Shown: positions 7,821 to 20,196, numbered from the stretch's first letter. The stretch: DNA of 49,547 nucleotides from an uncultured Actinomycetes bacterium (GCA_903827345.1 CAIKID010000048.1:1-49547); one strand, 5' to 3'. Notes: a model not told the origin generated them from the sequence alone. Made by a program: numbers and translations.

Positions 7821-9263
7821 TTAGCTCCGGTATGCAGGGGCGACGCCATCGATGGCATCTCCCACGATATGGACCCGTAGGGCATTTGTAGACCCCGGGA
7901 TTCCTGGAGGGGCACCAGCGATAATCACAACGGGCTCGCCCTTGGAGACGCGACCAGATTCAATAAGCAGCGCATCCACCTGCTTCACCATTTCGTCGGT
8001 ATGCCGGACAACTGCAGTTATCTGGGATTCAACTCCCCAGGAGAGCGCAAGTTGGTTGTAAACCGGTATTTCGGGGGTAAGCGCGAGGATGGGAATTGCT
8101 GAACGGAGACGTGAGATACGGCGGGCTGAATCCCCACTCTGCGTAAATGCCACGAGGTATTTAGCGCCCACTATCTCGCCGACCTCCTTGGCTGCCTTGG
8201 TAATCGCTCCACCCTTTGTTGCGGGGTTGTGCCCAAGAGGGACGATCTGATCAAGCATCGCTTCTTCGGTACGCGCGATGATACGTGCCATCGTTGCAAC
8301 TGCTTCAATAGCAAATGCTCCAACAGATGTCTCACCGCTGAGCATCAAGGCATCGGCACCATCGAGGACAGCGTTTGCGCAGTCAGTTGCCTCAGCACGG
8401 GTTGGCGTGGAATTTGTAATCATGGAATCAAGCATTTGCGTGGCGACGATAACTGGCTTGGCTTGGCTGCGCGCCATAGAAATGCAACGCTTTTGCACCA
8501 GCGGAACCTCTTCGATCGGCATCTCGACACCGAGGTCACCGCGGGCCACCATGATCCCGTCGAATGCTGCAACGATCTCTTCCAGATTATCTACTGCTTG
8601 AGGCTTCTCGATTTTAGCGATCACCGGGCGAAAAATTCCCTCTTCATTCATGATGCGATGCACATCATCAATATCCTTCGCACTTCTCACGAAGGAGAGC
8701 GCAATGAAATCTGCTCCGGCGCGTAATCCCCAACGTAGATCACCCATATCCTTCTCAGAGAGCGCAGGCACTGACACGGCAACTCCTGGAAGATTGATAC
8801 CTTTATTATTGCTTACAAATCCTGGTTGAATAACTTTGGTGACAACTTCGCTGCCCTTTACTTCAACTACTTCTACTGTCACTTTTCCATCATCGATGAG
8901 GATGCGATCTCCAGGTCGGCAATCCCCCGCTAATCCCTTATACGTAGTGCCACAACGCTCTTTTGTACCCTCAACCTCATCGGTCGTGATTGTAAAGATA
9001 TCGCCGCGGGCTAACTCATGAGGGCCATCTTTAAATCGAGCAAGACGAATCTTGGGACCTTGTAGATCAACAAGAATTGCAACAGGTACATTTGCTGCAG
9101 CAGCAGCTGTGCGGACTAAATTAAGTCGATTTTGATGTTCATCGTAGCCGCCATGAGAGAGGTTGAGCCTGGCCATATTCATGCCAGCAGCAATGAGCTC
9201 CGCAACCTTCTCTGGAGATTCAACGGCGGGACCCATCGTGCATACTATTTTTGCTCTACGCAT
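7821..9263 (-). CDS. pyk: Pyruvate kinase
   Basis: MRRAKIVCTMGPA..., NMARLNLSHG, IMVARGDLGVEMP; 480 aa. Confidence 0.95.
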   Translation of the reverse strand: MRRAKIVCTMGPAVESPEKVAELIAAGMNMARLNLSHGGYDEHQNRLNLVRTAAAAANVPVAILVDLQGPKIRLARFKDGPHELARGDIFTITTDEVEGTKERCGTTYKGLAGDCRPGDRILIDDGKVTVEVVEVKGSEVVTKVIQPGFVSNNKGINLPGVAVSVPALSEKDMGDLRWGLRAGADFIALSFVRSAKDIDDVHRIMNEEGIFRPVIAKIEKPQAVDNLEEIVAAFDGIMVARGDLGVEMPIEEVPLVQKRCISMARSQAKPVIVATQMLDSMITNSTPTRAEATDCANAVLDGADALMLSGETSVGAFAIEAVATMARIIARTEEAMLDQIVPLGHNPATKGGAITKAAKEVGEIVGAKYLVAFTQSGDSARRISRLRSAIPILALTPEIPVYNQLALSWGVESQITAVVRHTDEMVKQVDALLIESGRVSKGEPVVIIAGAPPGIPGSTNALRVHIVGDAIDGVAPAYRS

Positions 9264-9358
9264 TTATTCAGCCGAGGCCTCTCTACGGGGAACCAGGATT
9301 GGCTCCAATTAATACTGCGGTTGGTACTCGAACCTTTATTTTATCGGTAAATCAGAAG

Positions 9359-10816
9359 TTAGACCGTCAAAGAGCGCGAGGTTGGAAGTATCGGCGCTGG
9401 TAGCCCCGTCTCCCCCAGCAGAAATTCATCTACTGCCGCTGCAGCACTTCGACCTTCGGCGATCGCCCAGACAATGAGAGATTGGCCACGGCCAGCATCA
9501 CCGCAGACAAAAATTCCCTCTTCGCTTGTGGCAAACTTCTCATCGCGCATTACATTTCCGCGCTGATCGAGTTGTACGTCAAGTTGGGTGATGAGCTCAG
9601 ATTTCTCGGGCCCAAGGAATCCCATTGCAAGAAATACTAGATCCGCCGGAATCTCTCGCTCGCTGCCTTCAACCTTTTCAAATTTCCCATTAATGAATTC
9701 GGTTTCAACAAGTTTGAGCGCCTTCACATTGCCAACACCATCACCGATGAACTCCTCAGTGGAGACTGCGAAAAGTCGCTCCCCTGCTTCTTCGTGAGCG
9801 CTACTCACGCGATAGATCATTGGATAGGTTGGCCACGGTTGATTCGATGGTCGCTCCTCCGTGGGGCGTGGCAGAATTTCAAGCTGAGTGACACTGGCAG
9901 CTCCTTGGCGAATAGCAGTTCCCAGGCAATCTGCTCCAGTATCTCCGCCACCAAGAATCACAACGTGCTTACCAAATGCGTTGATTGGTGGATCCCCTAC
10001 CAATTCTCCAAGTCCTTGCTGATTTCCCCAAGGGAGATACTCCATCGCTTGGTAAATCCCGATGTTCTCTCGTCCCGGAACGTCGAGATCTCGCCACTGC
10101 GTGGCGCCGACAGCAAGGACCACAGCATCGTAGCGATTTCGCAATTCAGAGCCCGTGATATCCACACCAACATTAACCCCGGCCCGAAAACGAGTGCCTT
10201 CGGCTTCCATCTGCCTTACGCGACGATCGACAATCGACTTCTCCATTTTGAACTCTGGGATTCCATAACGCAGCAGACCGCCAATCCGGTTGGCACGCTC
10301 ATAAACAGCAACGGTATGCCCAGCCCTTGTAAGTTGTTGTGCTGCAGCAAGACCTGCAGGCCCAGACCCAACAACAGCGATTGTCTTGCCTGTCAGTCGA
10401 TCTGGAGGGAGCGGCACGACAAAGCCTCTGTTGAAAGCCTCTTCGATGGTGCGAAGTTCTACCTGCTTAATAGTTACTGCTTCAGTATTTATTGCAACAA
10501 CACAGGCGGTCTCGCAGGGAGCGGGACACAATCGCCCAGTAAATTCGGGAAAGTTATTCGTTGCGTGGAGGCGATCAATAGCCTCTGCCCTTTCTCCACG
10601 CCAGATTAAATCATTCCACTCTGGGATGAGGTTTCCGAGTGGACAACCTTGATGACAAAATGGGATTCCACAATCCATGCAGCGACCAGCCTGCTGCTGC
10701 AGTTCACCAAATGGTTGTTCTTCGTAGACCTCTTTCCAATCTTTGATGCGCACATCAACGGGACGACGCGTGGGCGTCTGCCGCTGCGTCGTCAAAAATC
10801 CCTTTGGATCAGCCAC
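9359..10816 (-). CDS. gltD: Glutamate synthase small subunit (NADPH)
   Basis: Cys cluster [17 protein letters not shown], dinucleotide fold [15 protein letters not shown] start overlapping the gltB stop by 8 nt. Confidence 0.93.
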   Translation of the reverse strand: MADPKGFLTTQRQTPTRRPVDVRIKDWKEVYEEQPFGELQQQAGRCMDCGIPFCHQGCPLGNLIPEWNDLIWRGERAEAIDRLHATNNFPEFTGRLCPAPCETACVVAINTEAVTIKQVELRTIEEAFNRGFVVPLPPDRLTGKTIAVVGSGPAGLAAAQQLTRAGHTVAVYERANRIGGLLRYGIPEFKMEKSIVDRRVRQMEAEGTRFRAGVNVGVDITGSELRNRYDAVVLAVGATQWRDLDVPGRENIGIYQAMEYLPWGNQQGLGELVGDPPINAFGKHVVILGGGDTGADCLGTAIRQGAASVTQLEILPRPTEERPSNQPWPTYPMIYRVSSAHEEAGERLFAVSTEEFIGDGVGNVKALKLVETEFINGKFEKVEGSEREIPADLVFLAMGFLGPEKSELITQLDVQLDQRGNVMRDEKFATSEEGIFVCGDAGRGQSLIVWAIAEGRSAAAAVDEFLLGETGLPAPILPTSRSLTV

Positions 10817-13800
10817 GGGTCGCCTCCATTATCGCTTCTTCAACATTTGAACCTTCACGCTCTGCCTTGTCCATGATCGCGAGAACCTTTGCGTAATCCC
10901 GCGGCATTACTAGCGATATTCGGAGACTCTCTATCTCCCAATTTGCAAGTAAAGAAAGAGCAGTGGGCGAACCAGTTTCCGCTGCAAATTTCGTCATCAA
11001 CTCGTGGGCCTGCTTAGAACGTGCTGGATTCAGTGTTAGCACGTCGACCATATCTGGATTGATCAGACGAGGATCTAAGTCGAGGATAAAAGCTACTCCG
11101 CCTGACATGCCGGCACCGAAATTCCGGCCGATGGTACCGAGCACCATGGCCACTCCTCCCGTCATGTACTCACATCCGTGGTCGCCAACTCCTTCTACAA
11201 TTGCAGTAGCACCTGAGTTACGAACGCAGAACCGCTCTCCGACTACCCCGCGAATGAAGATCTCCCCACTCGTTGCGCCATAAGCAATAACATTTCCGGC
11301 GATGACGTTTTCGTGAGATGCAAAGGTAGCGCTCTCGTCAGGGCGGACAACTATGCGCCCACCCGAAAGACCTTTGCCAACATAATCATTGGTATCACCG
11401 TTGAGGCGCAGGGTGAGGCCTCTAGGAATAAAAGCTCCAAGTGATTGTCCCGCAGATCCAAGTAGCGTGATGTCGATGGTGTCATCTGGTAAGCCCACAC
11501 TTCCAAAGGCGCGCGTGATCTCCGCGCCCAACATCGTCCCCACAGTGCGGTTGACGTTACGAACGGGAACTTCGAAATGAACTGCCTCGCCGCGGGTAAG
11601 AGCAGGTTGAGACCGTTCGATCAAAGAGTTATCGAGAGCAGCCGCGAGACCGTGCTCTTGCACCTCGGTATTTTTGCGAGATCCAGCAAAGAGCGGTGCC
11701 TTGAGCAGCGGCGCCAGATCTAGTCCGCTCGCCTTCCAATGGGCAACAGCATCTCGGGTATCGAGAAATTCAACTTGGCCGATCGCATCTTCCAAAGATC
11801 GCAGACCCAACTGCGCCAACCACTCGCGAACCTCTTCGGCAATGTATTCGAAGAATGTCTCAACGAATTCAGGTTTTCCAGAGAAACGCTGGCGGAGCTC
11901 GGGATTTTGGGTGGCTACTCCAACCGGACAGGTGTCGAGATGGCAGACCCGCATCATTACGCACCCAGATACAACTAGCGGTGCTGTGGCAAATCCAAAC
12001 TCTTCCGCACCGAGCAGGGCGGCAATAACTACATCGCGACCGGTCTTCATCTGACCGTCCACTTGCACCACGATGCGATCACGCAATCCGTTGAGCATAA
12101 GAGTCTGCTGCGTCTCGGCTAAACCCAGTTCCCATGGTGCGCCAGCATGCTTGAGTGAAGTTAGAGGAGATGCACCCGTACCGCCATCATGTCCAGAGAT
12201 CAATACAACATCGGCATGAGCCTTCGAAACGCCTGCAGCTACCGTTCCGATTCCAACTTCGGCGACCAACTTCACATGGACGCGCGCATTTTTATTGGCA
12301 TTCTTGAGATCATGAATTAATTGCGCTAGATCTTCAATGGAATAAATATCGTGGTGCGGCGGCGGCGAAATTAATCCGACGCCGGGAGTTGAATAGCGCA
12401 CTTGGGCGATCCAAGGATAGACCTTATTCCCGGGGAGTTGGCCACCTTCGCCAGGCTTTGCACCTTGCGCCATCTTGATCTGAATATCATCGGCGCTGAC
12501 CAGGTACTCGCTCGTTACGCCAAAACGCCCTGAAGCAACTTGCTTGATTGCGGAGCGACGTGAATCTCCGTTGGCATCAGGGGTGTTACGAGCGGGATCT
12601 TCTCCGCCCTCTCCAGTATTGGACTTGCCGCCGATGCGATTCATTGCGATCGCTAAAGTTTCATGAGCCTCTTGTGAAATAGAGCCATATGACATTGCAC
12701 CAGTGGCGAAGCGCTTGATGATGGACGAAGCAGATTCGACCTCGTCGATAGAAATTGCTTTGCGCATACCATCTTTAAAGGTAAAGAGACCGCGCAGAGT
12801 CATCAAATTCTTCGATTGATCATCTACCAAATTGGTGTACTGCTTGAAAATGTCATAGCGCTTGGCGCGAGTCGCATGCTGCAATTTAAATACTGTTTCA
12901 GGGTTGAAGAGGTGCGGCTCTCCTTCGCGACGCCATTGGTATTCGCCACCGATGGGAAGTTTCTTGGTCCCAGGGATCTCACCCATGGGCGGATAGGCGA
13001 TGTAATGTCGTTTGATTGTTTCCTGTGCCAATGTTTCAAGTGATACTCCTCCAAGGCGTGAAGTTAACCCGGTGAAGTATTCATCGACTACTTCAGTGGA
13101 TAACCCAATAGCTTCAAATACTTGTGCGCCATGATAAGAGGCTATGGTTGAAATCCCCATCTTTGACATCACCTTAAGTACGCCTTTGCCGAGCGACTTA
13201 ATGAGATTTCCAACTGCCTTCTCTGGAGTGATTCCCGTGATAACACCTTGACGAACTAGATCTTCAGCGCTCTCCATCGCTAAATAGGGATTTACCGCTG
13301 ATGCACCAAATCCGATGAGGAGTGCCACATGATGAACTTCGCGAACTTCACCGCTTTCGATAACGAGGCTCACGCGAGTACGCGTCTTCTCTCGAATGAG
13401 GTGATGATGCACCGCAGCGGTGAGTAAGAGCGATGGAATCGGTGCCTCTTCGCTGTCTCCATCTCGATCTGAAAGCACAACTATGCGCGCACCATTTTTT
13501 ATGGCTTCAGATACTTCAGCCCGGATCTCCTCGATTCGATTTCGCAGCGCATCTCCCCCACCTGAAGTTGGGAAGAGTCCTCGGACCACATGAGAATCAA
13601 AATCTGGGTGCTCACCATCCGTATTAACATGGATAATCTTTGCCAGCTCATCGTTATCGATCACCGGAAAGTCGAGCGAGATCTGACGACAGGAGTCAGC
13701 CGAAGGATTAAGGAGGTTAGATTCTGCTCCTATTGTTTGCCCCAAACTGGTAACCATCTCTTCTCGAATCGCATCGAGCGGTGGATTTGTTACTTGCGCA

Positions 13801-15323
13801 AAGAGTTGGGCGAAGTAATCAAAGAGCAGGCGTGGCTTATTGGAGAGCGCTGCAATCGGAGAATCAGTTCCCATCGAGCCCAAAGGTTCGGCGCCATTCT
13901 TGGCCATCGGAGCAATAATGATTCGCAACTCTTCCTCGGTATAACCAAAGGCACGTTGGCGACGCAAAACCGATGAGTGCGGATAAATAATATGTTCGCG
14001 GGATGGAAGATCAGCTAAGCGGACAACTCCTGCTGCCAGCCATTCACCATACGGCAGTGATGTGGCCAATGATCCCTTGATCTCACCATCCTCGATGATG
14101 CGACCTTCGGCGATATCAACCAGAAACATGCGACCCGGTTGTAGTCGACCCTTGCGCACAACCTTTGCTGGATCAATCTCTAGTACTCCAACTTCGGAGG
14201 CGAGAATTACCAGGCCGTCATCCGTAACCCAGAAGCGAGATGGACGAAGTCCGTTGCGATCGAGCACAGCTCCCACTTGGGATCCATCGGTGAAGGTCAC
14301 GCAGGCGGGCCCATCCCATGGCTCCATCAAAGATGAATGGAAGGCATAGAAGTCGCGGAGCTCTTGCGGCATCGTCGTGCTGTTCTCCCAAGCCTCTGGG
14401 ATCATCATCAATACTGAATGTGGCAAGGATCGACCGGTCAGGTAGAGAAGTTCTAGCACTTCATCGAAAGAAGCAGAATCACTCCCGGAATTATTGACGA
14501 TAGGAAATAGGCGTGAGATGTCGCCGGAAATTAAAGGACTCTCTAGGAGCGCTTCGCGAGCGCGCATCCAATTTCGATTACCACGAACGGTATTGATCTC
14601 ACCATTGTGTGCAATGTATCGATATGGGTGAGCAAGAGGCCACGATGGAAAGGTGTTGGTTGAGAATCGCGAGTGGACTAACGCGAGTGGCGATTTTACG
14701 AGTTCATCGGAGAGGTCAGGAAAGAACTCTTCAAGTTGACCTGTCGTAAGCATTCCCTTGTACACGATGGTACGAGCCGAGAGGGATGGGAAGTAGATAG
14801 GCAACGCATGTTCAACCCGCTTGCGGAAACAGAAGGCCAGCCGGTCGATCTCCAGATCGCTCTCATTTCCTTTACCTGCAAGAAAGAGTTGCACAAAACG
14901 CGGCATAACAGAGAGCGCGGTTGTTCCTAGGGACGAATCATTGGTGGGAAGTTCACGCCAGCCCAGGATGGTGAGGTTTTCTTCATCGGCAATCTTTACG
15001 ATGCCGGGAAGATCATCAAAATCTTTATCAATAAACGCGATGCCAGTTGCGTATGAACCAACTGTTGGCAGTGAGAATTCGACGACGCTGCGATAAAACT
15101 CATCGGGAATTCGAATTAATATGCCGGCGCCATCACCGCTATCTGGTTCTGCGCCTGAAGCACCGCGGTGCTCCATATTGCGCAGCGCAGTAAGCGCTTG
15201 TGCGACGATCTCGTGAGTTGGCTCTTTCTTTAGGGTTGCAACCATCGCAACGCCACAGGCATCATGTTCATCAGCAGGGTTATAAAGCCCCTGTGCAGAT
15301 GGCAAGGTAGAGAAGAGGGTCAC
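10809..15323 (-). CDS. gltB: Glutamate synthase large subunit
   Basis: Ntn-amidotransferase N-terminus ...HDACGVAMV..., followed by the central, FMN and GXGXG-type C-terminal domains. The track start is ATG 15362. I prefer GTG at 15323, preceded by AGGAG with a 5-nt spacer. Confidence 0.93.
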   Translation of the reverse strand: MTLFSTLPSAQGLYNPADEHDACGVAMVATLKKEPTHEIVAQALTALRNMEHRGASGAEPDSGDGAGILIRIPDEFYRSVVEFSLPTVGSYATGIAFIDKDFDDLPGIVKIADEENLTILGWRELPTNDSSLGTTALSVMPRFVQLFLAGKGNESDLEIDRLAFCFRKRVEHALPIYFPSLSARTIVYKGMLTTGQLEEFFPDLSDELVKSPLALVHSRFSTNTFPSWPLAHPYRYIAHNGEINTVRGNRNWMRAREALLESPLISGDISRLFPIVNNSGSDSASFDEVLELLYLTGRSLPHSVLMMIPEAWENSTTMPQELRDFYAFHSSLMEPWDGPACVTFTDGSQVGAVLDRNGLRPSRFWVTDDGLVILASEVGVLEIDPAKVVRKGRLQPGRMFLVDIAEGRIIEDGEIKGSLATSLPYGEWLAAGVVRLADLPSREHIIYPHSSVLRRQRAFGYTEEELRIIIAPMAKNGAEPLGSMGTDSPIAALSNKPRLLFDYFAQLFAQVTNPPLDAIREEMVTSLGQTIGAESNLLNPSADSCRQISLDFPVIDNDELAKIIHVNTDGEHPDFDSHVVRGLFPTSGGGDALRNRIEEIRAEVSEAIKNGARIVVLSDRDGDSEEAPIPSLLLTAAVHHHLIREKTRTRVSLVIESGEVREVHHVALLIGFGASAVNPYLAMESAEDLVRQGVITGITPEKAVGNLIKSLGKGVLKVMSKMGISTIASYHGAQVFEAIGLSTEVVDEYFTGLTSRLGGVSLETLAQETIKRHYIAYPPMGEIPGTKKLPIGGEYQWRREGEPHLFNPETVFKLQHATRAKRYDIFKQYTNLVDDQSKNLMTLRGLFTFKDGMRKAISIDEVESASSIIKRFATGAMSYGSISQEAHETLAIAMNRIGGKSNTGEGGEDPARNTPDANGDSRRSAIKQVASGRFGVTSEYLVSADDIQIKMAQGAKPGEGGQLPGNKVYPWIAQVRYSTPGVGLISPPPHHDIYSIEDLAQLIHDLKNANKNARVHVKLVAEVGIGTVAAGVSKAHADVVLISGHDGGTGASPLTSLKHAGAPWELGLAETQQTLMLNGLRDRIVVQVDGQMKTGRDVVIAALLGAEEFGFATAPLVVSGCVMMRVCHLDTCPVGVATQNPELRQRFSGKPEFVETFFEYIAEEVREWLAQLGLRSLEDAIGQVEFLDTRDAVAHWKASGLDLAPLLKAPLFAGSRKNTEVQEHGLAAALDNSLIERSQPALTRGEAVHFEVPVRNVNRTVGTMLGAEITRAFGSVGLPDDTIDITLLGSAGQSLGAFIPRGLTLRLNGDTNDYVGKGLSGGRIVVRPDESATFASHENVIAGNVIAYGATSGEIFIRGVVGERFCVRNSGATAIVEGVGDHGCEYMTGGVAMVLGTIGRNFGAGMSGGVAFILDLDPRLINPDMVDVLTLNPARSKQAHELMTKFAAETGSPTALSLLANWEIESLRISLVMPRDYAKVLAIMDKAEREGSNVEEAIMEATRG

Positions 15324-15410
15324 GATCGCTCCTAAAGAACGGTCGGGACGACAATGGCCCAACGAATACCGCCCAGTGTTAGCCGAGCGAAGGGAAAGAC
15401 TATCAACTAC

Positions 15411-15445
15411 TAGAGAAAGTTGGCACCACCTGCTTCAGCGGCGCC
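15411..15445 (-). terminator. Possible intrinsic terminator after the VIT gene (end of the his-trp-lgt string)
   Basis: mRNA strand: GGCGCCGCU-GAAGCA-GGUGGUGCC. This is about 8-9 bp including G.U pairs, followed by AACUUUCUCU. It lies in the 132-nt gap before gltB. Confidence 0.35.
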
Positions 15446-15455
15446 GAGCCCAGAC

Positions 15456-16154
15456 TTAAATGTGCGCGAGGGCACCGATTCCGGCGGTAATCGCCATACC
15501 AAGGCTGCCACCGATAAGAACACGGAGTGAGGCACGTATTACCGGCGCCCCAGTAAGTCGCGAAGAGACCACCCCAGTGGACAAGAGACCACCTAAGGTG
15601 AAGAGGATTATGAGCGTGACCTTGGTGCTGGTTCCACCGATGAGCGCTCCAATGAGCGGGATGGTAGCTCCTAGTGCAAAACTGATCATCGATGCTAGCG
15701 AGGCTGCCAATGGCCGCGCCATATTTGATTCATGCTGGCCCAATTCATCTCGAAGGTGCGCCTCAAGAGCACCCTTCTCCGTCAAAGTTACAGCTACCTG
15801 TTCCGCTAACTCACGTGGCAAGCCGCGCTCTTGATAAATCTGCGTTAATTCTTCTAGCTCCCCTACTGGATCTGCCTCGAGGTGCTCCTTCTCCATCTCT
15901 CGATCGGAGTTCTCAATATCTGCTTGGGACTTGACGGATATGTACTCCCCGACCGCCATTGCCATCGCCCCTGCTGCAATTCCTGCGATACCAGCTACTG
16001 CCAAAAAGCTACTTCGCCCCGCCGCAGCAACTCCGATTAAGAGCGATGCATTCGAAACCAGCCCATCATTCGCACCAAGAACGGCAGCACGCAGCCATCC
16101 AGATTTACTACCGCGATGATGTTCGTTTCGTGTATAGACATCTTCTAAACTCAT
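15456..16154 (-). CDS. VIT1/CCC1-family (iron/manganese) membrane transporter
   Basis: 232 aa, with ...LRAAVLGANDGLVSNASLLIGVAAAG... and a C-terminal TM bundle. The start overlaps the lgt stop (ATGA). Confidence 0.8.
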   Translation of the reverse strand: MSLEDVYTRNEHHRGSKSGWLRAAVLGANDGLVSNASLLIGVAAAGRSSFLAVAGIAGIAAGAMAMAVGEYISVKSQADIENSDREMEKEHLEADPVGELEELTQIYQERGLPRELAEQVAVTLTEKGALEAHLRDELGQHESNMARPLAASLASMISFALGATIPLIGALIGGTSTKVTLIILFTLGGLLSTGVVSSRLTGAPVIRASLRVLIGGSLGMAITAGIGALAHI

Positions 16155-16987
16155 GAGCCAATGCTACCCAATACTTCATGGTCAGCCTTGTGCAACCGCT
16201 CACCTTTGATGATGAACAGTAGGGAAATGAGTCCGCAGAGGAGGGCTACCCATACGTTCAGGCGTACTCCCCAGAGTAGGTGAGCTCGATCAATTCGAAG
16301 CGCTTCGATGCATCCTCTGCCCACGCAGTACAGCGCAATATACAAAAGGAAGACGCTCCCCGGTTGCAATCGTCGGATGCGAGGTAGATAAATGAGGAGG
16401 CCGGCGCAGACTAGACACCAGAGCGACTCATATAGGAAAGTGGGTTGAAAGGTCGCAAACTTTTCATACCCCAAGGGACGATCCTGCAGTGGAATTTTCA
16501 GCGCCCACGGAAGGGTGCTCGCGCCACCAAAGAGTTCATGGTTAAACCAATTTCCCCAACGGCCTATCGACTGTGCAATCAATATCCCAGGTGCCAGTGC
16601 ATCAAGAGCTAGCGGAAAGGTAATGCTGCGATCGCTCCCTTTAAAAAAGAGATAAGCGGTCAGAACCCCGGTAGCAACAGCCCCCCAAATTCCCATTCCG
16701 CCTTCCCATATTTTGAAAGCATCGCCGAAATGGCCAGTTGCGCCAAAATAAAGTTCAGGGGTGGTTAATACGTGATAGAGACGCCCGCCAATAATTCCGG
16801 CAGGGATAACATAGAGAGCCAGATCGTAGAGTTCGCTGGTTATGCCACCAGCTTTTCTCCAGCGAGCGGAACCAATTACAAGTGCAACAATTATTCCAAG
16901 CAGGATGCAGAGCGCATAGTAGTGAAGGGTGATCGCTCCCAACTCAATCGATGAACTCGAAGGAGTTGGGATAAAACGATCAAACAA
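16151..16987 (-). CDS. lgt: Prolipoprotein diacylglyceryl transferase
   Basis: HYYALCILLGI..., GGRLYHV, GRWGNWFNHELFG. TTG start. Lies downstream of trpA, as in other Actinobacteria. Confidence 0.92.
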   Translation of the reverse strand: MFDRFIPTPSSSSIELGAITLHYYALCILLGIIVALVIGSARWRKAGGITSELYDLALYVIPAGIIGGRLYHVLTTPELYFGATGHFGDAFKIWEGGMGIWGAVATGVLTAYLFFKGSDRSITFPLALDALAPGILIAQSIGRWGNWFNHELFGGASTLPWALKIPLQDRPLGYEKFATFQPTFLYESLWCLVCAGLLIYLPRIRRLQPGSVFLLYIALYCVGRGCIEALRIDRAHLLWGVRLNVWVALLCGLISLLFIIKGERLHKADHEVLGSIGS

Positions 16988-16995
16988 GGGTTCGG

Positions 16996-17706
16996 CTACT
17001 TAACGCCGAGGTTTGTGAGCACCTTGGTAAAAGCCTTAAGGTCCAGGGCTACAGCCAGGGTCAAGGTCTTGCCATTAACGATTACTGTCGGCGTCCCATT
17101 GATATTCTTTGCAGCAGCGTCTGCATTGAGGTTGTTTGTCCAGTTCATGTACTTTCCAGTTTTGATACATCCATCAAAAGCAGTCGATGTAATCCCCACG
17201 GAATGACCGAGCAAAATCAATGTTGCATTAGTCCAATAGGGAGAATTTTCAGCCATCTGTGTTGTCGTTGGTTGGTTGACATATAAAGCAGTGTGCATCT
17301 CCAGAAATTTGCCTTGATCTGCAGCGCAGGCGACTGCCGCAGCAGTTAATTGGGAATCTGATGCGATGAAATGTATTGGGTGGTAGACGGCCTGAATCTT
17401 GCCGGCACGAACCAATCCATCGACATATGTATTATTGACGACTTCAAAGTCGCGGCAAACAGGGCAACGGAAATCTTCGTACATATCAACCTTCACCTTG
17501 GCAGTGGGGTTAAAAGTAATTCCATATCCATTTGCTTTGGATACCGTAGATGGAAGAGGCACATGAGAGTTAGAGTGATTTTTGGCGAGGGCTGCGCCAA
17601 AGCCAGCAATGACGATGAAGGTGATCATCCCAATAACAAGATAACGAGTGGTCTTGTCACCCTTTTTCTGCGGATGGTTCTTACTATTGTTTTTCTTATC
17701 AGCCAT
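16996..17706 (-). CDS. Membrane-anchored DsbA-family thiol:disulfide oxidoreductase
   Basis: Basic N-terminus plus one TM helix, then a thioredoxin-like domain with active site FRCPVCRDFE. Confidence 0.8.
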   Translation of the reverse strand: MADKKNNSKNHPQKKGDKTTRYLVIGMITFIVIAGFGAALAKNHSNSHVPLPSTVSKANGYGITFNPTAKVKVDMYEDFRCPVCRDFEVVNNTYVDGLVRAGKIQAVYHPIHFIASDSQLTAAAVACAADQGKFLEMHTALYVNQPTTTQMAENSPYWTNATLILLGHSVGITSTAFDGCIKTGKYMNWTNNLNADAAAKNINGTPTVIVNGKTLTLAVALDLKAFTKVLTNLGVK

Positions 17707-17711
17707 CTGAT

Positions 17712-18203
17712 CTACTCCTCATTTTCGTTGCTTGCCTTATCTACGCCAAATTTACCGTGTGGGAAGCGATATAAATACCCAGCGACGACTGTGAGACCGA
17801 TATCTCGGAGAATCTCAGTGAGATAAACCCCGGGATGGACCTTTCCGTCGGCACTCAGGCCACCATTCCCAAAACATCCACAGTTAATTGCCAGTTTTCT
17901 CGCCCAAGCCTGTCCCACAGCAAAGATGAAGAGCACCATCAAGGCTCCCGAAAGGATTGATGCCTGTTTTACCCAGATCCCAGCGATTAATAGGAGGGCA
18001 AGTCCAATCTCCAACCAAGGCAGCGCATAGCCAAATATGTTGGCGAGCCCGACCGGAAGAAGTTTGTACACACGTACAGATGCTGTTGCCTCGGTGGGAT
18101 TCTTTGCCTTCAGGTAGCCAGCACTGAGAAAGACAGCACCCAAGATCAATCTCCCAGCCAGCGTGAGCCAGCTGCGAACTTTTTCATTCATTAAATTTTT
18201 CAT
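17712..18203 (-). CDS. MauE/DoxX-family redox-associated membrane protein
   Basis: 163 aa with about 4 TM helices and a Cys motif INCGCFGNGG. The start overlaps the trpA stop (ATGA). Confidence 0.7.
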   Translation of the reverse strand: MKNLMNEKVRSWLTLAGRLILGAVFLSAGYLKAKNPTEATASVRVYKLLPVGLANIFGYALPWLEIGLALLLIAGIWVKQASILSGALMVLFIFAVGQAWARKLAINCGCFGNGGLSADGKVHPGVYLTEILRDIGLTVVAGYLYRFPHGKFGVDKASNENEE

Positions 18204-18997
18204 ATGCGTTGCAGCCCCTTCGATAGCTCTTGCGCAAGTGTGCGAACCTTGAATATTCCCTCTTGGAGATTTTGGGACTCTTGAAGTAATCGGATAAAAG
18301 CAGAGCCAACAATCACTCCATCTGCGTATTGCGCCACTTCATGGGCTTGCTCTGGTGTTGAAACTCCCAAGCCAACTGCAACGGGAAGATCGGTGACTTC
18401 ACGAAGCCGCGACACGAGCGCTTGCGCGCTGCTCGAAACAGTTGTGCGAGTCCCGGTAACTCCCATGAGCGAGGCCGCATAAACAAATCCTGATGTTGCG
18501 TTCGTTACTCTCTCAAGTCTCTCTTGCAAGGTGCTGGGTGCAACCACGTAAATCCGGTTAGTGTCATGTTTGGCTGAGGCGGCAATCCAAGATTCAGACT
18601 CCTCAATTGTTAGATCCGGGGTGATGACGCCCGATCCCCCATTGCCCTTAATATCTGTAAGAAATTTATCGACGCCATATCTTTCAATGGGGTTCCAGTA
18701 GGTCATAACAACTGTGGGCGCAATCTTTGCAATAGCAGCCAGTGTTGCCATCACTTCTGCGGCACCGGTTCCGTTGCGAAGTGAGGTATCGGCTGCGGCT
18801 TGAATAACAGGTCCATCCATAACGGGATCGCTATAGGGATAACCGATTTCAACGGCATCAACTCCACCCTCGACCATCGCGGTAAGCGCATCGATACAGC
18901 CCTGCTGAGAGGGAAATCCGGCAGGTAGATACCCGATAAGAGCTGCCCGATTTTCAGAACGAGTTCTTACAAAAAGTGCATCGAGAGGTGTACTCAT
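18200..18997 (-). CDS. trpA: Tryptophan synthase alpha chain
   Basis: ALIGYLPAGFP..., VDAVEIGYPYSDPVMDGPVIQ, GFVYAASLMGVTG. 1-nt overlap (TAATG) with trpB. Confidence 0.95.
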   Translation of the reverse strand: MSTPLDALFVRTRSENRAALIGYLPAGFPSQQGCIDALTAMVEGGVDAVEIGYPYSDPVMDGPVIQAAADTSLRNGTGAAEVMATLAAIAKIAPTVVMTYWNPIERYGVDKFLTDIKGNGGSGVITPDLTIEESESWIAASAKHDTNRIYVVAPSTLQERLERVTNATSGFVYAASLMGVTGTRTTVSSSAQALVSRLREVTDLPVAVGLGVSTPEQAHEVAQYADGVIVGSAFIRLLQESQNLQEGIFKVRTLAQELSKGLQRI

Positions 18998-20196
18998 TAC
19001 AGTGGAATCCCAAAGTAATCTGCTGCCGTCTGCACATCTTTATCGCCACGCCCAGAGAGATTTACTAGTAGTACCGCCTCCGGACCCAACTCTTTCCCAA
19101 TTTGCATCGCACCTGCGAGGGCGTGAGCACTCTCAATCGCGGGGATGATTCCTTCGGTCTTGCAGAGCAGGGCAAATGCCTCCATCGCCTGCGCATCGGT
19201 AATCGGGCGATACTCCGCGCGACCAATATCGTTGAGATAAGCGTGCTCAGGTCCTACACCTGGATAATCCAGCCCTGCAGAGATGGAGTGGGATTCCACA
19301 GTCTGACCGTTTGCATCTTGCAAGACATATGAACGGGTTCCATGCAAAACTCCTGGTGAGCCGCCGCTAATCGTCGCAGCGTGCAGACCAGATTCGATTC
19401 CAGAACCACCGGCCTCGAGTCCGACCAATCTGACGGTGGTGTCATCCAAGAAGGGATGGAAAATTCCGATCGCATTCGATCCGCCACCAACGCAGGCCAA
19501 AATTACATCTGGTAAACGCCCCATTAGCTCCAAGCATTGCTCGCGTGCTTCAACTCCAATAACACGATGGAAGTCGCGCACCATAGTTGGAAATGGATGT
19601 GGGCCGGCAACTGTTCCCAATAAGTAGTGCGTTGTGTCAACGTTGGTGACCCAATCACGCATCGCTTCGTTGATTGCATCTTTCAGCGTCTTACTCCCCT
19701 GGGTTACCGGAATCACTTCCGCTCCCAATAATTTCATGCGTGCAACGTTAAGTGACTGCCGCTTAGTATCTTCCTCGCCCATGTACACGACGCAATCGAG
19801 GCCCATTAGCGCGGCAGCGGTCGCCGCAGCAACTCCATGTTGACCGGCACCGGTTTCGGCGATGATCCGCTTCTTCCCCATCCGCTTTGTAAGCAGCGCT
19901 TGACCAAGAACGTTATTGATCTTGTGGCTACCCGTGTGGTTCAAATCTTCGCGCTTAAGAAGTATCCGAGCTCCACCGGCATGTTCGGCAAATCTCTTGA
20001 CTTCAGTAATGATGCTGGGACGTCCTGTGTAGGTACGGTGCAACTCAGCGAGTTCAGCCTGAAAGATCGGATCCTTCAGCGCCACTTCATGGGCGAGGGC
20101 CAACTCGTCGAGCGCTCCAATCAACGCCTCTGGAACGAAACGACCGCCGTAAGGTCCAAAATGTCCAATAATCTGGGAATCCATCGCGACGTTCAT
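18997..20196 (-). CDS. trpB: Tryptophan synthase beta chain
   Basis: [16 protein letters not shown]-lysine motif [19 protein letters not shown]. Confidence 0.96.
   Translation of the reverse strand: MNVAMDSQIIGHFGPYGGRFVPEALIGALDELALAHEVALKDPIFQAELAELHRTYTGRPSIITEVKRFAEHAGGARILLKREDLNHTGSHKINNVLGQALLTKRMGKKRIIAETGAGQHGVAAATAAALMGLDCVVYMGEEDTKRQSLNVARMKLLGAEVIPVTQGSKTLKDAINEAMRDWVTNVDTTHYLLGTVAGPHPFPTMVRDFHRVIGVEAREQCLELMGRLPDVILACVGGGSNAIGIFHPFLDDTTVRLVGLEAGGSGIESGLHAATISGGSPGVLHGTRSYVLQDANGQTVESHSISAGLDYPGVGPEHAYLNDIGRAEYRPITDAQAMEAFALLCKTEGIIPAIESAHALAGAMQIGKELGPEAVLLVNLSGRGDKDVQTAADYFGIPL

Noticed and set aside
9794-10609. A 271-aa plus-strand ORF. There are similar long plus-strand ORFs at 19837..20409, 23866..24504, 8229..8726 and 33565..34107.
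   Set aside because: All lie entirely antisense to well-supported genes (gltD, trpB/trpC, priA, pyk, and the Lys/Ala-rich gene). They have compositionally odd Ser/Arg/Cys-rich or low-complexity translations with no recognisable motifs. They are shadow ORFs.
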